DNA of 39,569 nt from Opitutia bacterium (GTDB lineage Bacteria; Verrucomicrobiota; Verrucomicrobiia; Opitutales; T3Sed10-336): assembly GCA_050506795.1 (NCBI GenBank), contig JBJHCF010000046.1:1-39569 (forward strand), read 5' to 3'. Every line of letters begins with the position of its first letter. Within the stretch, counting starts at the first letter, position 1. Below the pieces are notes generated by a model, which saw only the letters and a list, made by a program, of their open reading frames with translations, made no database searches and was not told the origin of the DNA. This document shows, piece after piece, positions 30,393 to 39,065 of the stretch. The position numbers and the translations under genes are program-made.

Positions 30393-31349
30393 ATGAATTT
30401 TCAAAAGTCCGAATACTTCTCCGGTTCGCTCCCGCGAATCGTTTTGTTAGCCGCCATTGCCTTCCTGCTGACCGCCGCTTCCGGCCAGGCCCGGCTAAAG
30501 ATCGTCACCACCACCACCGACCTGGCCTCCATCGCGGAGGAAATCGGTGGTGAACATGTGGAAGTCGCCAGCCTGGCACGCGGCACCGACGACCCGCATC
30601 ATATTCGCCCTCGTCCGGCTTTTTCCCGTTTGATCGCCGAGGCGGATATTCTTATCGAGGTCGGACTCGACCTGGAACACGGATGGCTCCCGGATTTGGT
30701 GGCCAACGCGCGAAATACCCGAATTCAGCGAGGCCGGGCGGGCCGCATGGATGCCTCCCGCGGAGTCGACCTCATCGGTGTGGCCCCCGGACCGGTCGAT
30801 CACCACCACGGCCACGGTCACGCTCACGCCCACGGCGCGGGAAATCCGCACTACCTTCTCGATCCGGCCAGCGCCTTGGTGGTGGCGGAGAACCTCTTCG
30901 CGCGCCTGCGCTATTTGGACGCGAACAACTCCGAAAACTACGAGACGAATCTCCAGGCTTTCCGCCACAAACTTGAGGAGAAGATGGAGGAATGGGATGC
31001 GGCTTTGGCTCCCTACGCCGGCACGCACATCGTCACTTACCACGCCAGCTACGACTACTTCGCCCGGCGTTTCAATTTCGAGATTATCGATACCCTGGAG
31101 CCTTCGCCCGGGATCGAGCCGACACCGAGACATATCAGCAGGATGATTCCGCGGATGCGCGAAGAAAACGTCCGTATGATCTGGGTCGAACCCGTTCGCC
31201 CCACCCGCCTCGTGAACCGGCTGTCCGAAGACACCGGCGCGGCAATTGTCGAGCTGGCCGAGTTTCCCGGCGCGGTGCCGGAAGTTGACACCTATATCGA
31301 TCTGATCGAGCACAACGTGCGACAAATACTCAAGGCCATGGAACAGTAG
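30393..31349 (+). CDS. Zn/Mn ABC transporter substrate-binding protein (ZnuA/TroA family)
   Basis: TTTTDL, DPHH, His-rich loop HHHGHGHAHAHG, NPHYLLDP, YH. Confidence 0.9.
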   Translation: MNFQKSEYFSGSLPRIVLLAAIAFLLTAASGQARLKIVTTTTDLASIAEEIGGEHVEVASLARGTDDPHHIRPRPAFSRLIAEADILIEVGLDLEHGWLPDLVANARNTRIQRGRAGRMDASRGVDLIGVAPGPVDHHHGHGHAHAHGAGNPHYLLDPASALVVAENLFARLRYLDANNSENYETNLQAFRHKLEEKMEEWDAALAPYAGTHIVTYHASYDYFARRFNFEIIDTLEPSPGIEPTPRHISRMIPRMREENVRMIWVEPVRPTRLVNRLSEDTGAAIVELAEFPGAVPEVDTYIDLIEHNVRQILKAMEQ

Positions 31350-31433
31350 GTCGCCCGGTTCGGCCGACATCCCGCCCTTGACACCCGGCCGATGCCAACG
31401 GAAGCTCAACCCACGTGATCGCAAACGCCAAGC

Positions 31434-32153
31434 ATGCCTGACGACTCCTCGCTTTTCTCCATGGAGAGTGCCGTCCTCGGTTACGGCAAGACCCCGGTGC
31501 TCCAGAAGGTGAATTTCACCTGCCGGAAAGCCGATTTCATCGCTTTTGTGGGCGCCAACGGCTCCGGAAAGTCGACCTTCATTAAGACCGTTGCCGGCCT
31601 CATTCCCCTGCTGGGCGGAAACCTGCGATATGCGGTACGCGGGGAGAGGCTTCCGGTGATGGGATACGTTCCGCAGAGCGAAAAGCTCGATCCGATTTTC
31701 CCCGTCACCTCCTTCGAAGTGGTCCTGATGGGCGTGTATTCCTATTTGGGAGCCGGCCGTCGGGTGAAGGAAGAACATCGCGCCGACGCCCACCGGGCAC
31801 TCAAGGCCCTGGAGGTCGAAGACCTGGCGCGGCAACGCTTTTCCGAACTGTCCGGCGGTCAGAAACAACGAGTCCTTCTCGCACGGGCGCTGGTGATGGA
31901 ACCTGAACTTCTGCTCCTGGACGAACCGACCTCCGGGGTGGATGCCAAATCCGAAACCGCCTTCATGGAGAAATTGGCGGAACTGAATCACACCCGCGGA
32001 GTCGCGATCATTTTGGCCAGCCACAACTTGCGGCTTCTGAAAAAATGCGTGCCCCGCACCGCCTGGTTCAACGCCGGACGGGTCCGTCTCGACAACACCA
32101 GTACCGTACTTGAGGAAATCGAACGCGAAGCCGACGTGGGGATTTTCATATGA
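31434..32153 (+). CDS. Metal ABC transporter ATP-binding protein (ZnuC-like)
   Basis: GANGSGKST, GYVPQ, LSGGQKQR, LLDEPT. Confidence 0.92.
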   Translation: MPDDSSLFSMESAVLGYGKTPVLQKVNFTCRKADFIAFVGANGSGKSTFIKTVAGLIPLLGGNLRYAVRGERLPVMGYVPQSEKLDPIFPVTSFEVVLMGVYSYLGAGRRVKEEHRADAHRALKALEVEDLARQRFSELSGGQKQRVLLARALVMEPELLLLDEPTSGVDAKSETAFMEKLAELNHTRGVAIILASHNLRLLKKCVPRTAWFNAGRVRLDNTSTVLEEIEREADVGIFI

Positions 32154-33028
32154 TGGAGTTTCTGCAACTCGACGATCTGCGGGCCGCATGGCCGTATCTC
32201 CGCCACGCCGTTTGGATGGGCGTGATCATCGGGGCCATCTGCCCGCTGGTGGGCGTGTATTTCGTCCTGCGGCGAATCGTCTTCATCGGAGTCGCCATTC
32301 CCCAGGTTTCGGCCGCGGGCATCGCCTTTGCCTTCCTCAGCCAGGGCATGGGCTGGTTCGGCCTGCTTCCCGGGGCCTCTCCGCACATGGGCGTGGCCCT
32401 GACCGGCTCGATCCTCTTCACCCTGGCGGCGCTTCTTAGCATGGGAATCCTTCTGCCGCGGGGAGGAATGAGCGAAGCCTTCATCGGATTGATTTTTGTG
32501 GTGGCCAGCGGCTTGAGCCTGCTGCTCCTCTCCCAGGCGCCGGTGGCGGAAGCGGGCCTGCTGAATCTACTCAAAGGAGAAATCGTGGCGGTCACCCTGG
32601 TCGATCTCATTCGAGCCGCGGTCTTTTTCGGCCTGGTCGCCGCCCTGTTGCTGGTCTTCAACAAAGAGTTTCTCCTTCTGGCTTTCGATCGCGAACTGGC
32701 GATCACCATGGGCAAATCGGTGCTGGCGTGGGACTTTTTCTTCCTGGTCCTGGCGGGCGTGACCGTCTCGGTCGCCGTGTTCAACATCGGCCCCATCGCC
32801 GGCTTCGGTTATCTGGTGATTCCCCCGCTTATCGCCCTGCTTTTCAGCCGCAACATGTTCGCGATGTTCCTGCTTTCCGTGGTGATTGGCGTCCTCGCGT
32901 CGGTACTGAGCTTTTACCTCGCTTTCCGCTTCGACCTGCCCCTGGCACCAGCCAGCGTCACCCTTATGGGAGTCGTCTACGGCATCCTCGCCGCCGGCAA
33001 ATCTCTCACCCTGAAAATTATAAAGTGA
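32150..33028 (+). CDS. Metal ABC transporter permease (ZnuB-like)
   Basis: GVYFVLRR, FDRELA; multiple TM helices; ATGA overlap with the ATPase gene. Confidence 0.9.
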   Translation: MMEFLQLDDLRAAWPYLRHAVWMGVIIGAICPLVGVYFVLRRIVFIGVAIPQVSAAGIAFAFLSQGMGWFGLLPGASPHMGVALTGSILFTLAALLSMGILLPRGGMSEAFIGLIFVVASGLSLLLLSQAPVAEAGLLNLLKGEIVAVTLVDLIRAAVFFGLVAALLLVFNKEFLLLAFDRELAITMGKSVLAWDFFFLVLAGVTVSVAVFNIGPIAGFGYLVIPPLIALLFSRNMFAMFLLSVVIGVLASVLSFYLAFRFDLPLAPASVTLMGVVYGILAAGKSLTLKIIK

Positions 33029-33086
33029 GCGCTGAGTGCGCCCCCCACGCCCCTCTCCAATTCTCCATCAATCCACCACTCCTCCA

Positions 33087-33105
33087 CCCTGAGCCCGCCG
33101 AAGGG
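33087..33105 (+). repeat. Dispersed 19-bp REP-like repeat (CCCTGAGCCYGYCGAAGGG)
   Basis: Further copies at 36472, 36531, 37015 and 37055. Confidence 0.75.
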
Positions 33106-33127
33106 CTCACCCCACTGCCCTCGCCCC

Positions 33128-33733
33128 TCACCCTCGCCCCTCATCCCGGAACGCCATCAACCGCTCCACATACTTCCCCAGCAAATCAAATTCCAGGTTA
33201 ACCGTGTCACCGGCGTTTTTCTCCGAGAGGTTGGTTACTTCCAAAGTGTGCGGAATGAGCCACACCGCCAATCCGGACTCATCCACCTCCGCCACCGTCA
33301 ACGACACACCCTCGATCGCAATGCTGCCCTTGTAGATCAGGTAACGCCGAAACTCCGGCGGCACGATCACATGCAGGTACAGGTCGTCGCCGCGCTTCTC
33401 GCTGAGGTCCACCGTGCCGCGGCAATCGATGTGCCCGGTCACAAAATGTCCCCCCATCTCCCCGTTGAAACGCAGACTGCGCTCCAGGTTGACCGCGCCT
33501 CCCGCCTGCAGGTCGGCGAAACCGGTCAGGCGGACCGTTTCCTCCAGCAACTCGAAACCCACCCGGTCCTCGCCGATGGACACCGCGGTCAGGCAGCAGC
33601 CGTTGACCGCGACGCTGTCTCCGATCTTGAGACCCGGCAGCACCTTTTCGGCGGCGATTTCCAAATTCCAGGCCCGCTCGCCCTTGCCAAAGCTCAGCAC
33701 GCGCCCCTTTTCCTCTACAATTCCGGTAAACAT
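33128..33733 (-). CDS. ribE: Riboflavin synthase (alpha)
   Basis: MFTGIVEE start, GDSVAVNGCCLT, GGHFVTGHID, KGSIAIEGVSLT. Confidence 0.95.
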   Translation of the reverse strand: MFTGIVEEKGRVLSFGKGERAWNLEIAAEKVLPGLKIGDSVAVNGCCLTAVSIGEDRVGFELLEETVRLTGFADLQAGGAVNLERSLRFNGEMGGHFVTGHIDCRGTVDLSEKRGDDLYLHVIVPPEFRRYLIYKGSIAIEGVSLTVAEVDESGLAVWLIPHTLEVTNLSEKNAGDTVNLEFDLLGKYVERLMAFRDEGRG

Positions 33734-33810
33734 GATAGGAACGAATAAATTGACGCTCACGGCCCAATCTTCAAGCTGTGTTTCTTTTGGACATGCAACC
33801 GCACGAGCAA

Positions 33811-36384
33811 ATGGCCACCAACCGCACCGACTACGAACCCGCGGCGATCGAGCCGCGTTGGCAGCAATACTGGGAATCCCAAAAGACTTTCCGGGCTCCT
33901 GATGACTTCCATAAGCCGAAATACTACGTGCTCGACATGTTCCCCTACCCATCCGGAGCCGGCCTGCACATCGGCCACCCGGAAGGCTACACCGCCTCCG
34001 ACATCCTCGCCCGCTACAAACGCGCGCGCGGCTTCAACGTCCTGCACCCCATGGGTTGGGACGCCTTCGGTCTGCCCACCGAACAATACGCCATCCAGAC
34101 CGGCACCCACCCGCGGGACACCAACGCGCGCAACATCGAAAACTTCCGCGGTCAGATCAAACGTCTGGGCTTTTCCTACGACTGGGACCGGGAAATCGAC
34201 ACCACCGATCCCGACTACTACCGCTGGACCCAGTGGATTTTCCTCCAGCTCTTTAAACGCGGCCTCGCCTACGTCGACGAACGCCCCGTCTGGTGGTGCC
34301 CGGAGCTCAAAACCGTGCTCGCCAACGAAGAGGTCATCGACGGCCGCTCCGAACGCGGCAACCACCCGGTGGAACGCCGCAACCTGCGACAGTGGGTCCT
34401 GCGGATCACCGCCTACGCCGACCGCCTCCTGGAAGACCTGAAAGGCCTCGACTGGCCTGACTCCACCAAACGCCAGCAGGAAGCCTGGATCGGACGCTCG
34501 GAGGGCGCGGAAATCGAGTTCCCCATCGCCGGCGATACCGGCGAAACCCTCCGGGTCTACACCACCCGTCCCGACACTCTCTTCGGCGCCACCTACATGG
34601 TCGTCGCGCCGGAACACCCGGCGGTCAAAAAGATCGTCACCGGCGACAACTGGGAAGCGGTCGATACCTACGTGCGTAAGGCCGCCCAAAAAAGCGATCT
34701 CGAACGCACCGACCTGGCCAAGGAAAAAACCGGCGTGTTCACCGGCGCCTACGCCATCAACCCGGTAAACAACCAGCAGATTCCCATCTGGGTCGCCGAT
34801 TACGTGCTCATCAGCTACGGCACCGGCGCCATCATGGCCGTTCCCGCCCACGACGAACGCGACCACGAGTTCGCCACCGAGTTCTCCATTCCGATTATCC
34901 AGGTCATCGAAAACCAGGACCTGCCCGAGGAAGAACGCGCCGCCCTCCCCTACACCGGCCCGGGCGTGCTTATCAATTCCGGCGGATTCAGCGGTCTGCC
35001 GTCGGACGACGCCGCCCGCCGCATCACCGAAACCCTCGCCGAACGCGACCAGGGTCGCCCCAGCGTGCAGTACCGCCTGCGCGACTGGCTCTTCTCCCGC
35101 CAGCGCTTCTGGGGAGAACCCTTTCCCATCGTGTGGCTGAGCGCCGCCGACTACGAAAAACTCGCCGCCGAGCTCCGCCCCGAAGCCCCCGTGCGCTACA
35201 CCGCCGACGGACGGGAATGGTACGCAGCGCCTATCGCTGAGACCGCCCTCCCGCTCACCCTTCCCGACGTGGAGTCCTACCAGCCCTCCGGCACCGGCGA
35301 AAGCCCCCTGGCCAACGTCGGCGAATGGGTGGAAGTCTGGTACGACGCCCGCACCGGACAAACCGTTCCCACCACCGACGCGTGCCCCGAAGGCGACCAC
35401 TGGGTTTCCGGTCGACGCGAAACCAACACCATGCCGCAGTGGGCCGGCTCCTGCTGGTACCACCTGCGCTACCTCGATCCCCGGAATAAGGACGCTCTCG
35501 TTTCGCCCGAACAATTCCAGTACTGGGGCGTCCCCGACTACTACATCGGCGGCGCCGAACACGCCGTGCTGCACCTCCTCTACGCCCGTTTCTGGCACAA
35601 GTTCCTCTACGACCTCGGAGTGGTGACCGACCCCGAGCCCTTCAAGAAACTCTTCCACCAGGGCATCATCCTCGGCGAAGACGGCGAAAAGATGTCCAAG
35701 AGCCGCGGCAACGTGGTCAATCCCGACACCGTGATCGAAGAACACGGAGCCGACGCCCTGCGCGCCTACCTCATGTTTCTCGGACCGCTCGAAGCCATGA
35801 AACCCTGGAAGAGCCAGGGCATCGAGGGCATTACCCGTTTCCTGAAAAAAGTCTGGCGCGAATTCGTTGACCGCGACGGCAACCGCCCCGCCAAAATCAC
35901 CGACGCCGCCGAAACCGATCCCGAAACCCTGCGCCTCCTCCACGAAACCATCAAAAAGGTTGGCGAGGATATCGAGTCGCTCCGCTTGAACACCGCCATT
36001 TCCCAGATGATGATCTTCGTCAATCATCTCCAGAAAACGGATACGTTCAGCCTCGAAACCGGAAAAACCTTCGCGCGCCTGCTCGCCCCCTTCTGCCCCC
36101 ACGTCGCGGAAGAACTCTGGGAACGCCTCGGCGAACAACCCTCCGTCTGCTACGCCCCCTGGCCCGCGTACGACCCGGCCAAACTGGAAACCGAAACCGT
36201 CAAAGTCGTCTTCCAGGTCAACGGCAAATACCGCGGCGACGCCCAAATCCCCAAGACCGCCGACCAGGACGCCGTTTTCGCCGTCGCCAAAGACCAGCCC
36301 CGGGTCGCACCCCACCTCGACGGCAAAACCATCCGCAAAGTCATCTACGTCCCAGGCAAAATCCTCAACATCGTCGCCAATTAA
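33811..36384 (+). CDS. leuS: Leucine--tRNA ligase
   Basis: [31 protein letters not shown] editing domain, KMSKS. Confidence 0.97.
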   Translation: MATNRTDYEPAAIEPRWQQYWESQKTFRAPDDFHKPKYYVLDMFPYPSGAGLHIGHPEGYTASDILARYKRARGFNVLHPMGWDAFGLPTEQYAIQTGTHPRDTNARNIENFRGQIKRLGFSYDWDREIDTTDPDYYRWTQWIFLQLFKRGLAYVDERPVWWCPELKTVLANEEVIDGRSERGNHPVERRNLRQWVLRITAYADRLLEDLKGLDWPDSTKRQQEAWIGRSEGAEIEFPIAGDTGETLRVYTTRPDTLFGATYMVVAPEHPAVKKIVTGDNWEAVDTYVRKAAQKSDLERTDLAKEKTGVFTGAYAINPVNNQQIPIWVADYVLISYGTGAIMAVPAHDERDHEFATEFSIPIIQVIENQDLPEEERAALPYTGPGVLINSGGFSGLPSDDAARRITETLAERDQGRPSVQYRLRDWLFSRQRFWGEPFPIVWLSAADYEKLAAELRPEAPVRYTADGREWYAAPIAETALPLTLPDVESYQPSGTGESPLANVGEWVEVWYDARTGQTVPTTDACPEGDHWVSGRRETNTMPQWAGSCWYHLRYLDPRNKDALVSPEQFQYWGVPDYYIGGAEHAVLHLLYARFWHKFLYDLGVVTDPEPFKKLFHQGIILGEDGEKMSKSRGNVVNPDTVIEEHGADALRAYLMFLGPLEAMKPWKSQGIEGITRFLKKVWREFVDRDGNRPAKITDAAETDPETLRLLHETIKKVGEDIESLRLNTAISQMMIFVNHLQKTDTFSLETGKTFARLLAPFCPHVAEELWERLGEQPSVCYAPWPAYDPAKLETETVKVVFQVNGKYRGDAQIPKTADQDAVFAVAKDQPRVAPHLDGKTIRKVIYVPGKILNIVAN

Positions 36385-36390
36385 CTCCAC

Positions 36391-37073
36391 CCGGGACCGC
36401 GGGCATCCCTGCCCGCCCCAAGCCCTCAAGTAGCTTCCCGCTTCAGCGGAAGCCTCCACGACTCCCCCCTGCCCTGAGCCTGCCGAAAGGTCCCCCCTCC
36501 AACAATCCACCACTCCACAACTCCACCCCGCCCTGAGCCTGTCGAAGGGCCATCTCCCCCTCTCCAACACTCCACCCCTCCAACACTCCCTCGCCCCCTC
36601 GCCCACTCGTCGCTCTTTCCTCTTCCCACTTCCCCCATCTCCCTCCCCAAAAAAACCTTGCCCTGTAACCCCATCCCCGCCAACATCTTAGTCCAACGCC
36701 CCGCGCCTCTCGCCGGGCGCTCCCAGCCTTCTGAAGTATCTCCTAAGTTGCTGATTGAAAAAAAGAAGTGACGGGGCGAAGCTCGTTCGAGATCCCCCAC
36801 CTCTCCCCAATTCCACCACTCCCCCACCGGGATCGCGGGCATCCCTGCCGGCCCCTCCTCCCCTCAAGTAGCTTCCTGCTTCAGCGGAAGCCTCCCCCCT
36901 TCCAGCCCAATATTCCCCAAAGTGTTACCTATGTCCTGATCGCGCCCCCCATCCCCCGTCCCACGTCCCTCGCCATCTCACCCATTCGCCCGGTCGCCGA
37001 CTCGCCCCCCCCTGCCCTGAGCCTGTCGAAGGGTCCACTCCACAACTCCCTCCGCCCTGAACCCACCGAAGGG
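36391..37073 (+). repeat. Mosaic REP-like repeat region (two composite units)
   Basis: ~67-bp direct repeat 36391-36457 / 36827-36895 (GCGGGCATCCCTGCC.GC plus GTAGCTTCCYGCTTCAGCGGAAGC); CCCTGAGCCTGTCGAAGGG-type copies at 36472, 36531, 37015, 37055; C-rich 7-8-mer spacers. Confidence 0.8.
36919..36946 (+). mobile_element. Isolated IS481-family-like terminal repeat remnant
   Basis: AAAGTGTTACCTATGTCCTGATCGCGC resembles, from memory, the TGTTACCYATGTCC end repeats of IS481-type elements; no transposase nearby. Confidence 0.4.
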
Positions 37074-37096
37074 CCCGTCCCATCGTTCTCAACATA

Positions 37097-37134
37097 GAAC
37101 CAAGCACGAAGAACCAAGAACAGGGCGAAGCCCT
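37097..37134 (-). terminator. Possible intI terminator overlapping heptamer repeats
   Basis: Minus strand AGGGC-TTC-GCCCT followed by GTTCTTGGTTCTT; plus strand GAACCAA GCACGAA GAACCAA GAAC. Confidence 0.3.
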
Positions 37135-37137
37135 ACC

Positions 37138-38412
37138 CTAAACCATCCCATCCAACGGACTCTTCACCCCGAGTCCCGGCTTGTTCATCACATGGGTGTA
37201 GATCATGGTCGTCGAAACATCCGCATGCCCCAGCAATTCCTGAACTGTCCGAATATCTCCGCCGGCCTCGAGCACATGGGTCGCAAACGAGTGCCGCAGC
37301 ACATGAGGAGTCACCCGTTTATCAATCCCGGCAGATTTCGTGGCGCCGCGGATCGCTCGCTGAACCAGCTTCGGACTCACATGATGCCGTCGCGTCAAAC
37401 CGGTGCGCGGATCGACCGACACATTCCGCATCGGCCACAACCATTGCCAGGAAAACTCCTTCCCGGCATTCGGGAATTTGCGTTCCAAGGCCCCGGGAAG
37501 AAAAACGCCTCCCAAATTCGCCTGGCGATCCTCTTGATGAAGGCGACGCAACTGCTCGATGCGTTGTGTCAAGGCGCCCTCAAGCCTCTTGGGCAAAGGA
37601 ACCCGCCTGTCTTTGGACCCCTTACCCTCGACAACCGTAATGTAGCCGTTTCCAAAATCCAGGTCCTTGATCCTCAGGCGCATGCACTCGCTGATTCGCA
37701 TTCCGCTGCCGTACATCAACTCAGCGGCCAGACGGTAGGAGCCCTCAAGCTGCTCCAACAGCTTCTTCACCTCATCCCGGGTCAATACCACCGGAACATG
37801 TTCCCGAGTCTGCGCCCGAACCGTTCCCTCCATTCCGGAAAAGTCCTTACCCAAAACCTCGATAAATAAGAACCGCACCGCATGGAACGCTTGATTCTGC
37901 GTCGACGCCCGAACCTCCTTGGTCACCGCCAGATCGCTCAAAAAACCCTTCGCGAGATCGACGCTGACGCGACCCGGTGGTTTGCCTTGGCAAAATCGCT
38001 CGAAACGCTTCATCCAGCCAAGGTACGTTTCTTCGGTCCGGTAAGCGTAATCATGCTGCCGTAGAATCCGCCTTGCTTCCGCGTAGACCTGATCCCACGA
38101 AGAATCCTTTCCGAGCGCCCCCGCTGAATCCGCCTCGGCGCGAATATTGCCCTCGAACGTCCGCTGATACCAACGCACCGCTCGTTGAGCTTGAGAAACC
38201 TGCCAATCCTGCCATCGATCTTCCCTCTCCAACGCGGCGAGGAACCCTTTCAGACGCTCGACCGAAGAACTCGCTCCGCGCGCTTCACAGGTAAGGTAAC
38301 GGCGGATCCAATTCAGAAAAAAGGGACGCCCTTTGTCGTTCACCCAGGACAGCCCGTTAACAGCGGCCTTAACCGCCTCCCAATGGTTTTGCTGATCAGA
38401 GGTAGTGTTCAT
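37138..38412 (-). CDS. intI: Integron integrase (tyrosine recombinase) with ~100-aa N-terminal extension
   Basis: YGSGMRISE, GKGSKDR, HVLRHSFATH, LGHADVSTTMIYTH; IntI-specific insert GGVFLPGALERKFPNAGKEFSWQWLWP…RRHH; SAM_4-type YAYRTEETY…STQNQAF. Confidence 0.96.
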   Translation of the reverse strand: MNTTSDQQNHWEAVKAAVNGLSWVNDKGRPFFLNWIRRYLTCEARGASSSVERLKGFLAALEREDRWQDWQVSQAQRAVRWYQRTFEGNIRAEADSAGALGKDSSWDQVYAEARRILRQHDYAYRTEETYLGWMKRFERFCQGKPPGRVSVDLAKGFLSDLAVTKEVRASTQNQAFHAVRFLFIEVLGKDFSGMEGTVRAQTREHVPVVLTRDEVKKLLEQLEGSYRLAAELMYGSGMRISECMRLRIKDLDFGNGYITVVEGKGSKDRRVPLPKRLEGALTQRIEQLRRLHQEDRQANLGGVFLPGALERKFPNAGKEFSWQWLWPMRNVSVDPRTGLTRRHHVSPKLVQRAIRGATKSAGIDKRVTPHVLRHSFATHVLEAGGDIRTVQELLGHADVSTTMIYTHVMNKPGLGVKSPLDGMV

Positions 38413-38489
38413 ACGTTCACCTTTTTCTCTGGACAGGTCATTCCTGGCAAGGAAAAAATTTCCTTTTTTTCGTTTAGGGGTCTCTTCGG

Positions 38490-38695
38490 GTTCCCCTAAC
38501 GGAATTAGGGAACTCGCAGAGTTCCTTTTCGCCCGATTTAGTACAATTCGGGAACTTCTCCGAGTTCCCTAACGCCTTAGGTTCCCATAAGATCGTTAGT
38601 GGAACTCATCAAAACCTGATTTTTCTTGCTCCCTGACAAATACTTCCGTATTTTCTGATCAAATAAGCCCTGGAAAAATGGAACTGTTCCACTAA
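38490..38695. repeat. Array of GTTCC(N1-2)TAA / TTA(N1-2)GGAAC inverted repeats between intI and attI
   Basis: GTTCCCCTAA-CGGAA-TTAGGGAAC (38490-38513), GAGTTCCCTAA (38562-38572), GTTCCCATAA-GATCG-TTAGTGGAAC (38581-38605), GTTCCACTAA (38686-38695). Confidence 0.75.
38626..38654 (+). promoter_or_regulatory. Candidate cassette promoter Pc
   Basis: TTGCTC, 17-bp spacer, TATTTT, ~50 bp upstream of attI and pointing into the array. Confidence 0.55.
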
Positions 38696-38709
38696 TAATA
38701 TTGTTCGCC
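38686..38709 (+). mobile_element. attI site (crossover G|TT at 38703/38704)
   Basis: CACTAATAATATTGTTCGCC resembles attI1 CCCTAAAACAAAGTT; GTTCGCC is the exact complement of R'' GGCGAAC in attC1. Confidence 0.8.
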
Positions 38710-38714
38710 AGGCA

Positions 38715-39056
38715 ATGGAAGAGAATATCAGATACGATCCTCGAATGACAGTGAAACCGCTTGTCATAATGATTGTACTATTGCTATTTGCAGCATTCCT
38801 TGGAGGTCTTGGAGCTGGCGTGAAGATCCGACCGGGCGGTACGGCAATCTCCTTGACTGGAGATATTCTTCCATGCCTTATCATGGTGAAGGTGTTGATC
38901 ACCCACTGGATATATCTACGGCACGGACCGACTTGGATGCGATTCGTAACTGCATCAATATTCATGGGATTTGTGTTGATTGCCGCATGGCGGATTAGTG
39001 ATTCATATGCCTTTCACCACCACCCATTCTCACGGGGTACATTATTTGGGCTATAG
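38715..39056 (+). CDS. Integron cassette 1: small membrane protein of unknown function (113 aa, ~3 TM)
   Basis: Starts ~10 bp after the attI GTT and stops 9 bp before attC1; lower GC; hydrophobic segments. Confidence 0.75.
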   Translation: MEENIRYDPRMTVKPLVIMIVLLLFAAFLGGLGAGVKIRPGGTAISLTGDILPCLIMVKVLITHWIYLRHGPTWMRFVTASIFMGFVLIAAWRISDSYAFHHHPFSRGTLFGL

Positions 39057-39065
39057 GAACGGTTC

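Noticed and set aside
33734..33810. FMN riboswitch for ribE or T-box for leuS
   Set aside because: The divergent intergenic gap is only 77 bp and has no conserved motifs
33757..36606. 949-aa minus-strand ORF and other long antisense ORFs (e.g. 28420-29811, 30495-32189, 13800-15191, 19137-20405)
   Set aside because: Shadow ORFs opposite well-supported genes, expected from high-GC codon bias; no motifs
36385..37137. CRISPR array, tRNA or protein-coding gene in the leuS-intI gap
   Set aside because: Repeats are of several types with irregular low-complexity spacers; no cas genes, no cloverleaf/TTC-loop pattern; the ORFs are translations of repeats
38579..38606. dif (XerC/D) site: GGTTCCCATAA-GATCG-TTAGTGGAACT
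   Set aside because: Superficially dif-like, but the spacer is 5 bp rather than 6, the right arm lacks TTATG, and it belongs to the local repeat family
38609..38965. 118-aa minus-strand ORF
   Set aside because: Antisense to cassette 1 and crosses attI; the plus-strand ORF fits the cassette boundaries exactly
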